DNA of 64,000 bases, from contig NC_091987.1 in NCBI RefSeq assembly GCF_044704955.1, positions 81,034,001 to 81,098,000 on the forward strand. Direction: 5' to 3'. The notes under the pieces are model-generated. The model worked only from the letters and a program-made list of their open reading frames with translations. It was not told the DNA's origin and searched no databases. Of this stretch, positions 62,001 through 64,000 are shown in pieces (positions within the stretch are counted from its first letter, which is position 1; each line of letters starts with the position of its first letter). The position numbers and the translations under genes were made by a program. Source of the DNA: Pristiophorus japonicus. Its lineage: Eukaryota.

Positions 62001-64000
62001 ACAGACATTCTGAACCCTTTGAAAAACAGCAGGTTTCCTGTAGATAGTTAGAAAATTTGCTTCCTTTAATCGAATAGATCATTTGTAAATGAACAGTTAG
62101 ACAACTAATTTCTTCATTAGATGGTAGGAGATTACCCTATATGTTGTAATGCTTGGGTTAGTGCATCTTATTGGTTTATTCTGTGAAAATTCAACATCGT
62201 ATAACTAATAGTGTAACTTGTAATACCGGGTGTCAAATGCAGATCCATGGGCCATTATAGCAGGTTAGTAGCACTGTCAATCACAGCAACTCCAGTGGGT
62301 GGAACAATTTAGAAGTCTTACATAAACCATTATTATTGCCACACATTTAACAGGGATATTACAATAGGAATTTTCCCTGTAGTAATCACCCTTGCATCCA
62401 CCTATTAGCTTAACTCTTAATGATGGGGCATGCATATTTTCATCAAAATAATATAATGTCTGGTTATAGTTAAACAATCCTAATATATAAATGTTCCATG
62501 GACACTTTGTCCAATTGTTATATTCAACATTAATACTTCAATAAACCAAATGCCATAAGGTCAAAATGATACTTTTTAAAAACAGTAGTGAACATTGAGT
62601 GCCCAAAGGGTTAATCTCCTGTTTATTAAATTTCCACTGTGAGAATTTCTAAGGGGCTTCTCCTGCCCTTCAGCAGAACCTTGTTTACATGCTTATACCG
62701 GGTTTCTGTCAAACTCCCTAAAGTTATGGCATTGGAGCAGGAGCAGCCTCAAGGAAATTTCTGGCACAGATCTTATCTATCGTTTCCAAGTCTCACATGG
62801 TGTCTCCATTCAAATATGTGCAAGGGCAAAATTTAAGAGTCTGCTACCATTTTGAAAAAGGAAAATAAACAGCGAGTCATTCCTGAAACCCAACAATATC
62901 CATCTTCCTGTCCATTTCTGCGTAACAGCAGAAAGAATAGTAAATTCTCTGTGATAACTCTTGCTGTTCTCACTGCTTCTGACACAATAATTTATAGCAG
63001 TGAAAACAGAAGCAGTAGTACATGCATATGAATGATCAATTCTCCGTGTTGTCCACTCTCCTCATCCATGAATGTTAATGCTCTTCAGTGTAAGCAAATG
63101 GGCACACTCCCATAATAAGCACCAGGATAACTGATTTTAAAAACTCACACATATCTATGTTGGTGACCAAATCTTGGGGTCTTTTCACATGCTAAAAAGT
63201 GATATCAAGTGCAATAAGCTATACTTCAAAATAGTCACACTCTTTTGTTATAATTCAAAGAAAGGAGATCACAGCTAAACTCCATATCCCACCTGTCAAT
63301 GTCATGGAAATGTCACTTAATGGTAAAGGAAACAAAAATAAATGCAAAAATACATTGAATTGTATTCTACTTGGTCAGGCATAAAATGTAGACATTTTTC
63401 TCATACTCCACTTTTGTGAAAAAGCATTGTGAACATTTAAATACAGTAACTTGTGTATTTTTTCCATCTTTAAATATTAGCTAGACTTTGGGCAAAAGCT
63501 GGTTTCTACGACGAGGAAAAGACGTTATTTCTAATGACAAGCAAAGGATGACAATTGCACAAAACTTTAACAAAATGTTCTTTTACAGCTAGAGTGACAA
63601 AGAGTAAATGAAATATTGTATAAAACAGTCACAAAAGGATCATGTTACCAGGATGGGATGTTGCAGTCTTTACTTGTTAAGCCAGTGAAAGAGATGTGCA
63701 AACCCCAAACCAATTGAGAAACTGTCCTACCCATCTTCCAGAAGTTGAGTACAATGCAGTCTTACTCCAATTAATTCTACAAAGGTTATGGCTATAAAAG
63801 TCACAATATGCCACTTTTATTTAATGAGCAAAGACCATTTTTTGCTTAACTGTACAGTTTAGTTTAACCCTGATTCCTCCTTTAACTAACTTTAATTAAC
63901 TCAATGTTAATCTTACAGTCCAACAAGTGTAAACAGAAAGTTTCAAAATCCTTTTGTAAATGAAAACAGCAATTTTATGTCTAATTATAATCTGTGCTCT

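Overview
Eukaryotic, repeat-dense vertebrate DNA. The repeat families (CR1 LINEs with (GAAACATA)n tails, Deu-domain SINEs, Gypsy, Harbinger, pogo/Tigger) point to a cartilaginous fish (shark), by inference. One host gene can be assembled by hand on the + strand from five coding exons with matching splice phases: 11208-11271, 20807-21172, 34050-34355, 38908-39017 and 42895-43032 (984 nt, 327 aa). It encodes a leader, a pre-joined VJ-type Ig domain with CD28/CTLA-4-like hallmarks, an Ig/TCR-type C1 domain, an Arg-containing TM segment and a tail with one YxxL. Intron 1 holds a young antisense LTR retroelement (13341-20098; 604-bp LTRs, tRNA-Ser PBS). This element has no recognisable pol, a very A-rich decayed gag-like region, and an env whose architecture resembles paramyxo/pneumovirus-type F proteins (lokiretrovirus-like). 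Intron 2 holds a full-length PIF/Harbinger transposon. Intron 3 holds a Tigger-like element whose left TIR is micro-inverted. Downstream is a multi-level L2/CR1 nest that includes an intact CR1 ORF2, then about 8.6 kb of nearly repeat-free AT-rich DNA. All calls come from manual reading; no searches were run.
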